Assembly: GCF_036321535.1 (NCBI RefSeq)
Contig: NC_087437.1
Coordinates: 41,666,001-41,730,000 of the forward strand
Direction: 5' to 3'
Length of the DNA stretch: 64,000 nt
Source of the DNA: Camelus dromedarius
Lineage: Eukaryota
Below, piece by piece: positions 11,951-26,030 of this stretch (its first letter is position 1; the number at the start of each line of letters is the position of its first letter). Both the position numbers and the translations under genes were made by a program. Below the pieces are notes generated by a model. That model worked only from the letters and a program-made list of their open reading frames with translations, was not told the DNA's origin and searched no databases.

Positions 11951-13310
11951 AAGCAAAAGTGGCAGAGTCAGAGGACTAGAGGTAAAATCAACAGCTCTGG
12001 GGATATGAGAAGTGAGCAGAGAAGCTCGCAGATGATAGAGCTGGGATTTGAGGCTAGAGGTCGGACTCCTAAGTCCACTCTCCTAGCTGTAACAGTCCCT
12101 GGCATTTCTGGTACTCCTGGCCTCTGTGATCCTCCATGTTTGGACAATCTGTGTACCAATTTGATCTTTCCAAGACTCAGGGGCACTACTGGCCCTCACG
12201 TCCTTATAAATAGTTTTTATTGAAGATTTTTTTTATTTTCGTGGAATGGGAAATATAAAACATAAAGAGTTGGTGTGATTTTTCATCTCAACAAGCTGGC
12301 TACAAGAGAAAAATGTATTCTCTTGTCCCTCAGCACATCCCTTTATGACTTATATTCCCCACTTCTGAAAAGAACATGTTGCTACTTGGAACAAAAGAAA
12401 TACCGTATTAGGAGGATCTGAACAAACTAGATTCACTGTAATAATTTCAAGAGAATTCATTTTTAAAACACTTAATCATGAAGTCATCTCATTATTAAAA
12501 AAAAAAAGATGCTAGCACTCTTCCAGGTATGCAGAATTTTAAAAAGACTGATAACTCGGTATTTAAGAAATCATTTTAAGGCACCACACTCTCACTGGCA
12601 TTTAAGTACTACAGGAAAAAGTTCAGATTCCCCAGCATGACTTTCTACTATTAAAGTCCATTCCCCCCTCACTCCCCTGCACACACATCATGTCCCAGGC
12701 AGGTGAACCCCCTTCTTCCTACAGGACCCCTCCTGCCTCACCTCTGAGCCTTTGCTCTTGCTGTTCCCTCTACCTGGTCATCCCTTCCACCTGCCCAATC
12801 TCTGAGCACCCACAACCAATTATCCTTCAGGCTCCAGCCCAAACACAAACTCTAAGCCAAACAGTGACCACCCTCCTGTGGAACCGCCAAAGCTCTGCAG
12901 ATGACATCAAGTTGTGTCTATCAAGTTGTATCTGGTACCACAGCTATTGGATACCTATACCTGCCCCCTGAGAGAGGGTCATTCTAATCTGAAACTCTCC
13001 ATGATTTACCTTTAGAGTGGACTCAGAATGCCTCACATAGTGCCTGGCATAATACCTACCCAGTAAACAGCTAGTGAAAATGCAAAGTTACATTTTATAG
13101 AGACATACAGGAAAGTTAAACAGAGCGGAAGGTGTGCCTACTGTAAGCCCAGCATTCTAGCTGGGGTAATGAGAGTGAAGATGCAGACTTTATTGCTGTG
13201 GGATATTGCCAAGTTATTCTTCAAAAAGTTTACACTAATTTAAATGCCCATCATGAGGCTGGAAGAGAGCCTAGGTCCCAGCAATTCATGTGCACGCCTC
13301 ACCCACCTAA

Positions 13311-13640
13311 CAGCGTTGCCCAGCAGAACGGCGGCATGAGTCAAAAATGTAACCCACATAGGTCACTGTAAATTTCCTAGTAGCCACATCAAAAGGTAAA
13401 AAGAAACAAGCGAAAATCATTTAAATGACACTTTATTTAACCTAATTTATCCAAAATACTGTGTAATTTCAACACGTGATCTATATAAAAATTATTAGAG
13501 ATACTTTACATTTCCTCTGTACTCAGTCCTAGAAATGCAGTGTGAATTTTACACTTTCAGCACATTTCCGTTTGAACTGACCAAGTTTCCAGTGTTCAGT
13601 AGCCACGTTCAGTAGGGTCCATCTCTAACTGGACAGCACA
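13311..13640. mobile_element. MER33-like hAT-Charlie MITE
   Basis: Terminal 'cagcgttgccca...' and '...tggacagcaca'; internal 'aaatttcctagtagccacatcaaaaggtaaaagaaaca'. Confidence 0.85.
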
Positions 13641-16600
13641 AGTCTAGAATGTCCTCAAAGGCAGAGGCTGCCGCTTTCAGCCCTACACTCTCCACAGTGA
13701 TTTACTCATCCAATGGGACTAAACCCAACAAGCATACAAAATCAACTGTGTAAAAGCACCCAGCACAGCGCTCGCGGCGTAGACAGGGTTCAACAGCTGT
13801 GGGCTCCCTTTCCTCTACATGCAACAGACACTCCGTTAATGCTTCTGCAATTGAATTTCCAAGGTGGAAGTCGTGTTTTAGGATTAAGATCATCAGGTGC
13901 CCTTTATTCTGCCCTGTTGCCTCCAAGGAGCCTTGTGAACTCACTGTGGTTTCATGACAGATTTTCCCGGGAGAAGAATGTTTTACCCACCAATAAATAA
14001 TACATTCTGGAGTACTTGGAAATAATAATTTCTTAGAGCAAATAAAACAGTATCCTGTCTTCATCAGCCCCCAGTGAGTTTGAGAACCTAGCAAATGTAC
14101 AGGGTTCATTCACCCCTAGCTGACTTAATAAAAGTGAAATTCTGAAGCTACAAAGTGGAAGACAGGACTCAGGAAGCTAGAATTAAGGAGCAGCCACCCC
14201 TGAACCCAACCGAAAACAGATGGCCAGACGGACCCTCCAACCCAGAGTCCTGTCTACTGAATCAGGGTTAACAAAGGGACTGAGTTACCCAGGCAGCTAC
14301 TTGGATCTCCAATTCTCAAGAAACTAGAACAGGATAAAAAATTAAGAACACTAAAAGTACATTTTAACGTAACTGAATATTATTTGAGAATTCCAAAGTC
14401 ATTTCAGAATGTCTTATCCCTCAAAAAGCAACATTATAATCATAAATTTGCATGGGATGGTTCCATAAAAATTATACTTTGAGCATCCCTGTCATTTGAG
14501 CTTCTGCGTTGTTTGATTACATACTCAAAATGCAAATGAACAAGTCTATTATGTGTTTTGTATGTATAATGTATATAACACAATATCTCAATCTGACAAA
14601 ATTTCAACTAGACTAGGTGACGTGGGGTTTTCCTTACCAATTCTCATCTCTCATGCAAACATTTGAGCCAAGCAAATATTTCTTATAAATACCTGCAATG
14701 CCTTGTAGTTATGTCTCATGCTAATTGGCTCCCTTCATTAACAGGTCGTCATTGCTTCAAACCTTCCAGCCTCTGTCCACCCATTCTTTGTTAAATTCCT
14801 TGTACATTCAGACAACTCATCCATCAAGTTCATGCCATAAACAAATACTTAGAGGGTGCACATCTCCAGTGGAGAACTGGGCACCCAGCACACGACGGAG
14901 GATCAGAAAACGTGGTCTAGGCCCTGGGGAAGCTTACAGTTGAATTCTGTGGACAATCACTCTTCATTCTGCTTTTCCACCATTAGTCTCTCCCTCTGGG
15001 CTCCATGAGAAGTCCCACTAACAAACAGGAACCTGGCTGGGGTTTTACTGACTCTGTATAGTAAATTAGGCTGTCTGGTGAATTTCCTTCCTTAGGCTAT
15101 GGTCATCAGGGCACCGCACAGACTTGCTTTCTGGATTAGTCATTGGAATGGTCAGTCTGCACTGAGTATTTTCACCCCTGTTTTTCTTAGGATCAAATTA
15201 CGTTCCCTTGGCAATTCCTTCAGTTTTTTTTAATTATAGAAATACCTGGGTGCCCCCAAGTGGCTGATGCTTCCCTCACACTGCAAGTACAAACTGCAGT
15301 ACCAAAGAAAAACCTGACGACCATAATATTAACCCAAAAGAAATTGTTATGGATTTATTCACCAGGAAACGAATCTAAAGCTTATTTGCATATGTGATAA
15401 CTCACTTAGATATCAAAATGCCCAGAAAATAAAATTAAGGACTAAGGACATTTTATCCCTTTTTAACATTCCTGCTGTGGTGTTCATGTTCATGGTATTT
15501 AATGTGCGTGATGTGCTGTGTACTGGGGGCCGGGGAGCAGGTATAAACAAGGTAGGTTGATGTCTCCTATGAAGCGGCAAGCCAGTCCGTTGTGCCTGTA
15601 TTCTCATTTGAGAAAAGGAAATCTCTTTTCCCTGATAGTCTAATGAAATTCAGATACTACAAGAACAAACTTGTTTAAAAAAAAATGAAGAAAACCGTTC
15701 TTTTAACAAAGCATTATGATTGTCAGCCTCAAGAACAGAATTAACTTTTGTGAGCGCACCCTCATTTTCTCTTTGTGAGAACTGAACAGAGGATATGTTG
15801 GCCTGTAAACTGATGAGATGGGTGACAGAGAGACAGAAACAGGGTGATCAGTTTACCAACTGCCGAGAAAACCAGGCCAGGTTCACAAACTACCAACACG
15901 AGGGAGGGCAAGGAGTGAACTTTTCCTTAATGCACAGATTCCTGGATGACTCATGCAACTGAGTTCATTCAGTTAGCATGCCAATAAACCAAACAGCCTG
16001 CCTCTGGATTTCTAACAACTTGTCTCTCATTAACTTTCCAAATAAAAACCAAAACACACAAAAACAATCCAGCAACGAATGAAACAAAATAACAAACTTT
16101 TACTATACATTCTTTGAACTGTTCTAAAAACTCCTCACGTCTCCTGAACCCTGACCCAGGAAAGTACTGTCAGGATGGCGAGAAAGTGCAGTTCGGTCCT
16201 GGACAAAAGAGCTTTAACACATATGCTGACCTGGGATTCTCCACTTTTATAAAAAAAAAAAAAAATCTCTACTGAAGATAGCTTAAGAAGGCAAAGAAGA
16301 GCATTTATTACAGTTCAGATACACTTCTATCGCCAAGTCCAATGATCTGTTTGCACTTAAATTCTCTGCTGCCATTACAGGGGTTGGTTTGCATTCATAA
16401 ATGAGACCTCTTATTTGAATTTGAATCCTTCATTCCAATCTACAGAATACTTTCTATCTGCTATGCACCCTGCTAAGGCACTGAGGATTCAAGGATGACT
16501 AAGACAGATGCTGTCTTCTGAAAGCTGGCAGACTCACAGAGGAGGCAGCCTGTGTGGCCTGGATGGCTGTGTACAGAGCAGTGTGTGAAGGTGCCGTGCA

Positions 16601-16900
16601 AACCCAGAGCGGGGCAGAAGTGAGCCAGCATGCAGGGACGACGGGTGGTCAGGGAAGACTCCAGGGAGGCATAGGATGTTTCCATCTGTAAGTGGACAAG
16701 GGAGGGAGGGCATCCTATTCAAAGAGACCAAAAGCCGAGAGCACATGGCATGCCCTGGCACTGAGAATCCCTGCAGAGACAGAGACGGGGTGGGAAGGAG
16801 GGAGGCAAGGAGAGAAACGTAGAGAGGATGTGTGTATGTATACTGGGGAACCTGGAAATGGAGTTGAGAAACCACATGACAGTCACATGGAGAAGGGTCT

Positions 16901-17266
16901 TACTGTGAATCTGAATGTTTGTGCTCTCCCCCAAATTCATATGTTGAAATCTTAACCCCCAGAGGTGATGGTATTAGGAGGTGGGGTCATTGAGGTGGAG
17001 AGCAGTGCTCAAATCATGAAGATGGAGTCCTAATGAATGGGATAGTAACTTATAAAAGAGGTCCAGAGAGCTCCCTAGCCCCCTTCAGCAATATGAGGAC
17101 ACAGTGAGAAGGTGCTGGTTATGAATTGGGAAGAGGGCCTCTCATCAGAAAGCAACCATGCTGACACCTTGATCTTGGACTTCTAGCTTCCAGAACAATG
17201 AGCAACAAGTTCTTGTTGTTTGTAAGCTACCAGTCGGTGATATTTTGTTATGAATGGACTGAAACA
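16901..17266 (+). mobile_element. MaLR solo LTR (MLT1A-like) inside an L2 remnant
   Basis: 'ccccaaattcatatgttgaaatcttaacccc..gtgatggtattaggaggtgggg', 'caccttgatcttggacttctagc'; 5-bp flanks ggtct/gatct. Confidence 0.9.
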
Positions 17267-18632
17267 GATCTTGAATACCATGCTAAGTTTTAGATCCAAT
17301 CCTTGGTGATGGGGAGCATAGAAGGACTTAAGCCAATCTTTGTTTTAGAAAGACCATTCTGTAAAGCTGGAGGCAGAGAATCAGCAGCATTCCAGTATTC
17401 CATGTGCTAAGAGCCCACTCGGGCAGTGGCCGCAGTGGGAATGGAAAGGAAGCATCAAGGAAGAATTTAGAAACGAGCTGCAGTCGAAGTCAGGGAGGCG
17501 GGAGGTCAAAGATGACCACACTTCTTATTTAAACAAGGAGGTGTGGGCAATGCCATTGCCAAAGGTGCGCAAAACCAAAATGGGGGTGCAGGGAAAGCAG
17601 AGTGTCATGGCACCAATTTCAAGAGGACTGGGGGTAAGTCAGCAGGCTCAGATAGGCGCCAACAATGGACTAGCTGAACACTGTGCAGGGCCACTGAGTT
17701 AGGCAATTCGGCGTCGTGGTGGTCTTCCTGGGCAGTTTCAGGAGACGAGGGGAGGGAGCAGGAAAGCACTGGCGTGCCTAGGAGGCTGCGGTAAAGGGAA
17801 AAACAAGAGACAAGGAGGGTCCAGACGAGGTCTGGACGTGTGGGAGAGACTTGGGCATTCCTTAAGTCGAAGGGAAAGATTTAATAGTGATTAAATGGCT
17901 TCATATCTGAGAGTGGGAGTGCCCCATAGGAAGTCCCATAAAAGAAAGAAAAACACACTTAGGAAAACACACACAAGCAGTTTGAGACAGATAAGAAAGA
18001 GGGAAAGGAGGATGGAAGTGTCTGGAGTCTAAGGGGATTCTGAGGGAGTTCATTCCTGTGGCCTGTTTTCTTGGAGAAGAAGGACACCAGGTCAGTTATT
18101 GAGAGAGGGGTGGAAGGTATTTACTGCCTACTGGGTGCCAGGCATTGTTCTAGGCTCTCTGAATACAAAAGAGAACAGACAAACTTCCTGCTCCCAGAAA
18201 GTTTACATTCTAAGTGAGGCCTTAACCAAGTTTGGAAAGCATGCATTTTAAATTGGACCAATTAGCAAAGTCCCAGCTGTTTTCAGCTTCATACTGAGGA
18301 CTAGGAAAAGAAAAGGTAAGATGGATTCAAATTTCAGACTGTTATTTTGCAGTGAGAAACTAGCCTCATCCAATTATCATCCACAAATAAATATACATCA
18401 AAAGATCTGGGGTATTTATTAAGAAAATTAATTTCTGCTTGCATAAGGAAACATATAAATAGAATTTTATAATTTGCATCTTATTTAGATATTTCATCAT
18501 GCACACCATGAATCTTTATTAGCACTATGTGCCAGACACAGCACTAGACATTGTACTGGAGAGAGTGCAGCAAACAGAACAAAATATCTCCTCTCGTGGG
18601 GCAAGGGCACTGAAATAAAAAATAAATGTATC

Positions 18633-19226
18633 ACATGCACCCCAGTGTTCACAGCAGCACTATTTACAATAGCCAAGACATGGAAACAGCCTAAATGTTC
18701 ATCAACAAATGAATGCATAAAGACGTTGGTTGTGGTATATATAATGGAATACTACTTAGCCATAAAAAAGAATAAAATATTGCCATTTGAAGCAACATGG
18801 ATGGACCTGAAGATCATCATCCTAAGTGAAGTAAGCCAGAAAGAGAAAGAAAAATGCCATATGACATTACTTATGTGGAATCTAAAAAAAAAAAAAAGAC
18901 ACAAATGAACTTATTTACAAAACAGAAATAGACTCACAGACATAGAAAACTTATGGTTACCAGCAGGGGGAAAAGGGTAGGAAGAGATAAATTGGGAGTT
19001 TGAGATTTGCAGATACTAACTTCTGTATATAAAATAGACTAACAAGTTTCTACTTATAGCACAGGGAACTATATTCAATATCTTGTAGTAACCTATAATG
19101 GAAAAGGATCTGAAAAGGAATATATGTATGTATGTGTAGGATTGAAACATTAAGCTGTACATGAGAAATTGACATCATAAATGACTACACTTCAATTACA
19201 AACAAACAAATGAATGAATAAATAAA
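18633..19226 (+). mobile_element. 5'-truncated lineage-specific L1 (ORF2 C-terminus and 3' UTR)
   Basis: ORF 18645-18908 FTAALFTIAKTWKQPKC...ILPFEATWMDLKIIILSEVSQKEK is the L1 ORF2 C-terminus; A-rich tail; flanks aaataaatgtatca / aaatatatgtatca. Confidence 0.95.
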
Positions 19227-20409
19227 TAAATATATGTATCAGATATGAGAGCTCAGAAGAAGTAGAAAGCAGAGCAAAGTGGTAGAGCGGGACAGGGCTC
19301 TATTTTGGAGAGAAGGTCAGGGAAGCCTCTCTGATAGGTACTCTGTAAGCTGGGTTCTGAAGGAAGTGAGGATGCAAACCCCACTGCATTGGGGCTCCTT
19401 CAGTTCTCACTGACTGCAGAGAGGCTCACCGCGCTTGTCAGAATTTGCATCCAATCTTAGAAGACCTTGGCAGTTTCTCCCGTAGCTGCTGTGAACGCAG
19501 CCCCTAAGAAGACCTGAGTCTCTCATGGAATGTTCAACTGTGTTCTCAAAGCCTCCTTGAGAGATATCGTCCCCTCCCTCCCTCCCACAGACCTACAGTT
19601 CCATAATTGTGGATCCCCAAGCACATGGATGCTAGCGCCAGGGGCTTCATCTCCCAAGACCATAGTCAAGATGGCATCACGAAGGCCAAGAGAATGACCT
19701 TACCAACCTCTGCACCCACCTGACCACAAAGTTTCTAAGTCTCCTTTAACTTGGGACCCCCAGCCCCTAGCACTGAGCTTGGCACAAACTAGAGGTTCAA
19801 TAACTACTGGTTAAACAAATGAGGGAAAGCCCAGATTCTGAACTACATCTGAGGGAATAATATATTAAGTGGTAGAAAATCCCATAATGAAGGCCTCATG
19901 TGTATTCTGCTCACAAAATTAAGACCAAATGTTTACAACTCTGCCCTGACTAAAAGCCACCGATTTCTGTTTTCATGTGATTTAAATCAGACAACAGAAC
20001 AGAGTTTCTCAAATTCTTCATTTGTCTTAAAACATTCACATCTGTATTTCATATAAAAGAATTCAGAGGTTCTGAAATTAGTGATGCTCAATGCACAAAC
20101 CTGTGAATATAATAAAATTCACTGAATTGCACACTCTAAAAGGGTGAACTTCATGGTATATGAGTTACATCTCAATAAAGCTGTTACTTTAGAAAAAGAA
20201 TAGAGGATTCTTTCAATAAAAGATTAATGCATATCTGAGTCTCATCAGTAAAAACAGATCTGCAATGCTCCTAATTTTTGCTTTAATTACAAAAGCTATT
20301 ATTGGTTTGAATAAAGAACAAAAGGGTCCATTAGTATCTCTGTATAAAGAAGACCCAAAAAGGCACAAATGAGAAAAAACATTTGTGCTATTAAAAAATG
20401 GACATCTTA

Positions 20410-20672
20410 GAGATGTACCGTACAACACAATAAATATAACTAACACTGCTGTGTGTTATATACGAAAGTTGTTAAGAGAGTAAATTCTGAGTTCTCACTA
20501 CAGAAAATGTTTGTCTATTTCTTTAATTGTGTATCTGTCAAGATGATGGATATTCGCCAAAGTTACTGTGATAATCACTTCATGGTATTTGTAAGTCAAG
20601 CCTTTTTGTTGTACACCTTAAACTTATACAGTGCTGTATGTCAATTATACCTCAATAAAACTGAAAGAAAAA
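20410..20672 (+). mobile_element. Old L1 (L1MC1-like) 3' end
   Basis: 'gtacaccttaaacttatacagtgctgtatgtcaattatacctcaataaaactg'; 'tggacatctta' duplicated on both sides. Confidence 0.85.
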
Positions 20673-20979
20673 CATTGGACATCTTACCATTAGTTTTAAA
20701 AGCAAATCTTAAGTTCTGTTAACTTTGATAAGTTCAGTGACCGATGCACCTAAAAGCTTTTTACTTGCCTAATGAAAACATCAAAAATAAAGCCTTAACT
20801 ATCTTGACAAACAAAGAAGGAAAACAAAGCAGAAAAATATAATTAAAATGCACAATTAATACCAGGTCCTCATTTTAGCTACCAATCAGAGCATCAGTCC
20901 ACCTTCTGCCAGAATATCAGAATGAAGAAGCACTGATTTGTTTTTACCCTCTCTCTCTAGGTGACAACTAAATAATAGT

Positions 20980-21500
20980 ACACGATGGTTTTGTGATACC
21001 TCAGCTTGGTTTGGCGGCACTCTATTCCCCAGAATTCCCTTTCTTACAAGGCTCCAGTTAGGGGCACCACTACCAGGGCTATTGAATCCTGAGAGCTGCA
21101 GTAAAGGGAGGCACCAGCCATGCTGCAGTACACACATACCTTTCCCCAGGTAGTCAATCAAAGCTAATCTAGCACCACTGTGGAGGGATTCTGCAGATGT
21201 AATTAAGATATCTAATCAGTTGATTTAATTAGTCAGAAGTACAATTATACTGAGCGGGACTGATGTAATTAGTTAAAAGCCCTTTAAAAGAGAGCTTAGG
21301 CCCTCCCAGAATTCAGAGACTCCAAGCTTTAGCTCCTGCTCCAGCCTGCCAATAATATTCTCCTCTTGACTGCTTGCCCTACGGATTTCAAGCATTCTTA
21401 GCAGGCCCCACAACTGAGAAAGCCAATTCCGTAATAGATTAATCCCTTAATCTATATAAACTACCAGCTCTGCCTCCAGGGTAAACCCTGGCTGATTCTT
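20980..21500 (+). mobile_element. ERVL LTR (MLT2-like)
   Basis: 'gattctgcagatgtaattaagatatctaatcagttga', 'ttgccctacggatttcaag', 'aaaccctggctgat'. Confidence 0.7.
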
Positions 21501-21699
21501 GATGTTACAGTTATTACGGCTGCAAAGACACAGAGGAAGACCTCTTGGCATGGAATCGTCCAGGAAGACACTAAAGGATCTCACTCTTGCAACTGAGTTC
21601 TCTCTCAATCTCTTGCAATAACGGCCAGGAGAACAGAAGATTGTGGAGTAATTCAGTCTTTAAAAAGTGAAATTTGTAATAATTTAGAGGTAGGGAGTG

Positions 21700-22378
21700 A
21701 ATTAAACACAATGCTGGCAGGTAGTTACAGCTCTGTGCCTAAGCTCTGGCCAGTGACACCTAAGTAGGAGTGCTGGAAATCTGAGATCTCCTAAAAGGGA
21801 AATGGCATGCCCATCTCCCCTCTTCATTCTCTGCCTGTAATGTAAATACAGTCGTCCCAATCTTTGTGGGATTGGTTCCAGGACACCCCCAACCACCCTG
21901 GGTATCTGCCAAAGCTCAATTCCCTTATATAAAATGGTGTATCCTTTGCATATTAGCTATGCACATCCTCCTATTTACTTCAGATCATCTCTAGATTACT
22001 TATACTACCTAATACAATGTAAATACTATGCAAATAGTTGCAAATACAATGTAAATACTATGTAAATAGATGCCAGTATGTGGCAAATTGAAGTTTTGTT
22101 TTTTGGAACTTTCTGGAAATTTTTCTAAATATTTTTTAATCCGTGTTTGATGTGGAACCCGCAGAAGACGGAGGGCTGATTGCATGATGGTTGGAGCTCC
22201 AGCAGCCCTCTTGGACATGGGCCACATCCTGGAGGTGGCAGACTGGACAGCTAAAGAGAGCCTGCTGATTCCTGCTCTTGTGACAGCTCTCAGCAGCCCA
22301 CTCCCAGATTGCTTTAATATGGGAAATAAAGCCACTATCTGGGGGCCTCTGATACTTGTAGCTAAACAATACCTACCT
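21700..22378 (+). mobile_element. Old ERVL LTR (LTR33-like) interrupted by MER2
   Basis: 'tgatggttggagctccagcagccctcttggacatg', 'gaaataaagcc...acttgtagctaaac'. Confidence 0.55.
21849..22182. mobile_element. Tigger-derived MITE (MER2/MER2B-like)
   Basis: TA then 'cagtcgtccc' start, 'ggagggctgattg' end; 'gattggttccaggac', 'atcatctctagattacttata..cctaatacaatgtaaat'. Confidence 0.9.
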
Positions 22379-24658
22379 GATGTAAGGAGCGTCTTCTCTA
22401 GTCTTCCTACTTCTTAGCAATAAACTAACACATCCAAGTTGCTATATAACAAGGAATAGCTGTATTTATTTTCACTGTTACGTGCATGGGGCCACATTCA
22501 GCGTTTAAGAAGATTAGAGCAGATAACGATCACAGGAAAAGCCCATCTTTATGTCTCCATGTGTCTATGCTTTGACAAAAGAATACAAGAAAAGTTTTCA
22601 TAGCCTGCAATAAATGCCTTCTCAAAGCCACTAACTTTAATTCCCATGGAATAGAATTTCCCATGGCAGGCCTGTGGTCACATCCAAATCCACTTATTCG
22701 ACAGATCTGTGCTGTAGAAAATTCACACTGCTATCTCTTTAGATAGGCTCTGTCTTTTCATGTCAGAGTCATCTAAATTTCTCCCAAACCAACAACCCTT
22801 GAACACGTCTGGGGTATATATTTTTTTTTGCTGAACGCGAACCACATGGTCATTTCAAAACCTGTAATTCACTTCAGTAGCACTGGCCTTTCTGTATGTT
22901 CGTGAGCATAACCACCAAGAGTGGCATCACTTTTGGTGATAACCCTGCCAGCTCGAGCTCTTATTGTGTCCCGATATCATGGTGAAAAACTGTGACACAC
23001 CAGGCAGCTGACAACTGTGCAAGAGAAAAAAAATCATTTTCCAAGGGGAAAATGAAGTGATTAATATGGAAAACACAGCAAGCAACATCAAACAGGAAAA
23101 AGTTGACGTTACCAAAACCTTTAGCTTAAAGTAAATTTGTTTTCTCCTCACCCTGATTATCAAAGGCTGGATCAAAGTATGAACACGGTACAAAAGTGTC
23201 AGATGACTTCCTATCCCTGAGTCACTTACGATACTGCAGTCCTTGACTCCTTGTATTAGAGGGAGGAAGGGAGGCAAGGTTAACATAATCATAACTCGAA
23301 ACAGATAAACTTTAGGAAACCATAAGCGTAAACACAATGAGCCAAACTGTTCCCAGTCGAAGCCACAGTCCTGCCTCAGCTCCTTTGTTCATGCCACTTC
23401 CTTCCTTTCAGAGTTCCCTGGACATTTCTGTCTGTCTGGTTCTTGGGCTCCTTTCCCCCACATCATCTCTTAAACACGGGGGTTCCTTTAGGTTCTGAGC
23501 CCTGGCTAGTCTCCCTGTCCACTCGCTCTCATTCTCTGTCCTCGGGGAGTCGGGGGTGTCTTGTACTCACCCATGAGTTCATCCACTTCACTCCTCTCAA
23601 CACCACCATTTATTTCATCTTTCTCCTGAATGCCCAGAACAATGAACTGTCTCCAAGGTACCTATTTTATCAAAGTCAAAACTGAACGTGATTAAACTTC
23701 TCTACCTGAAACCTCAACTCCATCCTCTCTCCCCTTCCCACCGCCCAGCCACACACGCACCGCCCTCGGCATTCCATGCCTCAGATACTGGCCCCACCAC
23801 GTGCTGAGGGCCCACTTCCACCCTTTTATCTCCATTCTTCTACTAAGAGCAGCAGGGGCTGGATGACCCTCAGATGAAATACATACACTCTGGAAGTGCG
23901 CGATGATCAGAGGGGCTTCTGGCCATCGGGACTCATCTGCACCGGCTGATCTGCAAGGGGAGCAGGGAACTTCAGATAGAGACACCTCTGTGACTTCCAA
24001 GAGCCAAAACAGGAGAAACAAGAGGGGCAGTTTCCCCACCCAGCTCCAGACCGGCCGAAGCCGCTGCAGTGAGCACTCACAGGAAGAAATGGAGAAGCCT
24101 GTCTTCCCCTTGCCTCTGTGAGTCATGGAAAAACAATCCCAGTAATTTCAAGCTCCTGGAGATAAACTTCTGTGGGGCACACGCCAGGTTCCAACACCCT
24201 TCTAGAGCCCCCTCCCCTAGATGTGCAAACTTGGGAAGTCAAGACCTGGCACATGGCTTCCGTGGCATGGACCCCATTCTCCAGGAAGACATCTGCAGCC
24301 ATGGCAGGGGTGGGGTCTCACCCTCAAATCCCTTTGGCCCATGGCCATCAACAAAACCCAAAAGGCAAGAGCCTCTGCAAGTACACATAAGCAATCTCAG
24401 AGATGCCAAGAATATCTGGAGAAGACTTTTTATTAAAGGCCCTACATCCATGTTTGAACACAAACCAGTGAAATCTGCACTATCTCTAGTAAAATAACGT
24501 CATTTGAAGCTTCATGCTGGTAAGATCTAAAGACATTTCCTAAGTGTATCTTCTACTTTTCACCCCTAACATAGCTTGGGTACTTTTTCCCTGCCTCAGG
24601 ACCATTCCCCTTCAAAACATTTTTAGATCGCAACCAAAGTGAGCTTCTGGTTATAACT

Positions 24659-25486
24659 CCAGGAGTGTGCTGGGCTGGCTCGTTCCAGCTCCTGAGAACT
24701 GACTGGTAGATTTTCAGAAATTTTATGAATTAGCTGTTAAACGTAGCAATTATTAACAATTAAATTATATAAATTTATAATGAAATTAATTATATTAAGC
24801 CCAAAGGTAATAAATATTGGAAATTTATGACTTCTTTATTACTTCAGTACACGAGTAATATCCATGCTATTGGATCACTTAGGTCTGCTTCACTGTATGC
24901 GGAAATGCTGTAAAATGTTTTGCTCCAGCCCATCTCTTCCCAATTCCCTGTAACTTGAAAGCAGCTATAATGGCAATATTTTCATATGGAAACTGACAAA
25001 CCCTATGTATCTTAGCCTGGTTTTTGTTTTGTTGATTGTCTAAGCTTAAGAAAGTGATGGAGAAAATGTTAATAAAATGCATGGTGTAGTTATATTGTAA
25101 ATAAAACAAAAAGTTGAGGAAATAAACTTCTAGTACTATTCAGCTCATAAAGAAGATGCTTTAATGAGCAAGTGAAGTTCTAGGATCTGCCTTCATTGTT
25201 TCACTTTCATCTCACTTCACACTGTTAACAGGAAAGCATCAACTAGCCTCTCTCGTCCATGGGTTGGCCATGGATATAGGAGTTCAGTGAAAACAAACTG
25301 TCAGAATCAATTAGCTATTTGGACTTTACAAGGAAGAGTATTTATTGTCTGTCTTATCATTATTTGTAAATTGTGTACTACACACCCTTTATATCAGTCA
25401 AATTTATTACTGATACACACACACACACACACATAAATTCATTTTTCTGGCAAGCTGGTTGTTAAACATTTACCAGTACACCATTA
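24659..25486 (+). mobile_element. MER63-like hAT-Blackjack element
   Basis: Start 'ccaggagtgtgctgggctggctcg', end 'gctggttgttaaacatttaccagtacacca'. Confidence 0.85.
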
Positions 25487-25539
25487 TATAAATCTGATTA
25501 GGTGGGTCCTTTGTTAAAAATCCGTCAGTAGCTCCCTGC

Positions 25540-26030
25540 ATCACCCACCTTTTATGCACAACTTCAAATCCTCTCAAGCTCACCTTCTATCCCCGCCACT
25601 GCAATGGTGGCCACTTCCATGAAGAATCCAGTGTCATGCAAGTGCAATCTGGCAGGGCCTCTCGAGCCTAAGCTCCTCTGATGTTGTTTCGTGAGGTGCC
25701 CATGGGAACCCACCTGGCAGTCAGACATGCCCTGTCTGAAAAAGTGGGGCTGCCTTTAATCAATGGAGGACCAGAACATGAATAAAAGCTTCTCCCTTTT
25801 TCTCTCCAGCTGAACTACGCTGAGATGTATTTCATAAGATCCCTTGGAAACAAGCAACCAGTTGCTAAGAGCAAGGGCCAACTCAATAAACCCCACCTCG
25901 TACTGGCTCTGTCTCCTTCCCTCTGTGGCTCTTTCTGGTCCTTCACTACTGCTCCCCAGACGGCATTCCCAAATAAACTACCTGGCACAAGACTCTCCTC
26001 ACCTTGGCAGCTCCCCACCCTCTGAAACCG
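25540..26030 (+). mobile_element. ERVL LTR (LTR16-like)
   Basis: 'aatcaatgga', 'ccaactcaataaacccc', 'ttcccaaataaactacctg'. Confidence 0.65.

Noticed and set aside
20940..20965. Plus-strand acceptor-like 'tttttaccctctctctctag|g'
   Set aside because: No matching donor or ORF, runs straight into an MLT2 LTR, and is opposite to the inferred gene direction.
22011..22070. 27-bp direct repeat 'aatacaatgtaaatactatg(c/t)aaatag'
   Set aside because: Lies inside the MER2-type element and, from memory, is part of the MER2B consensus.
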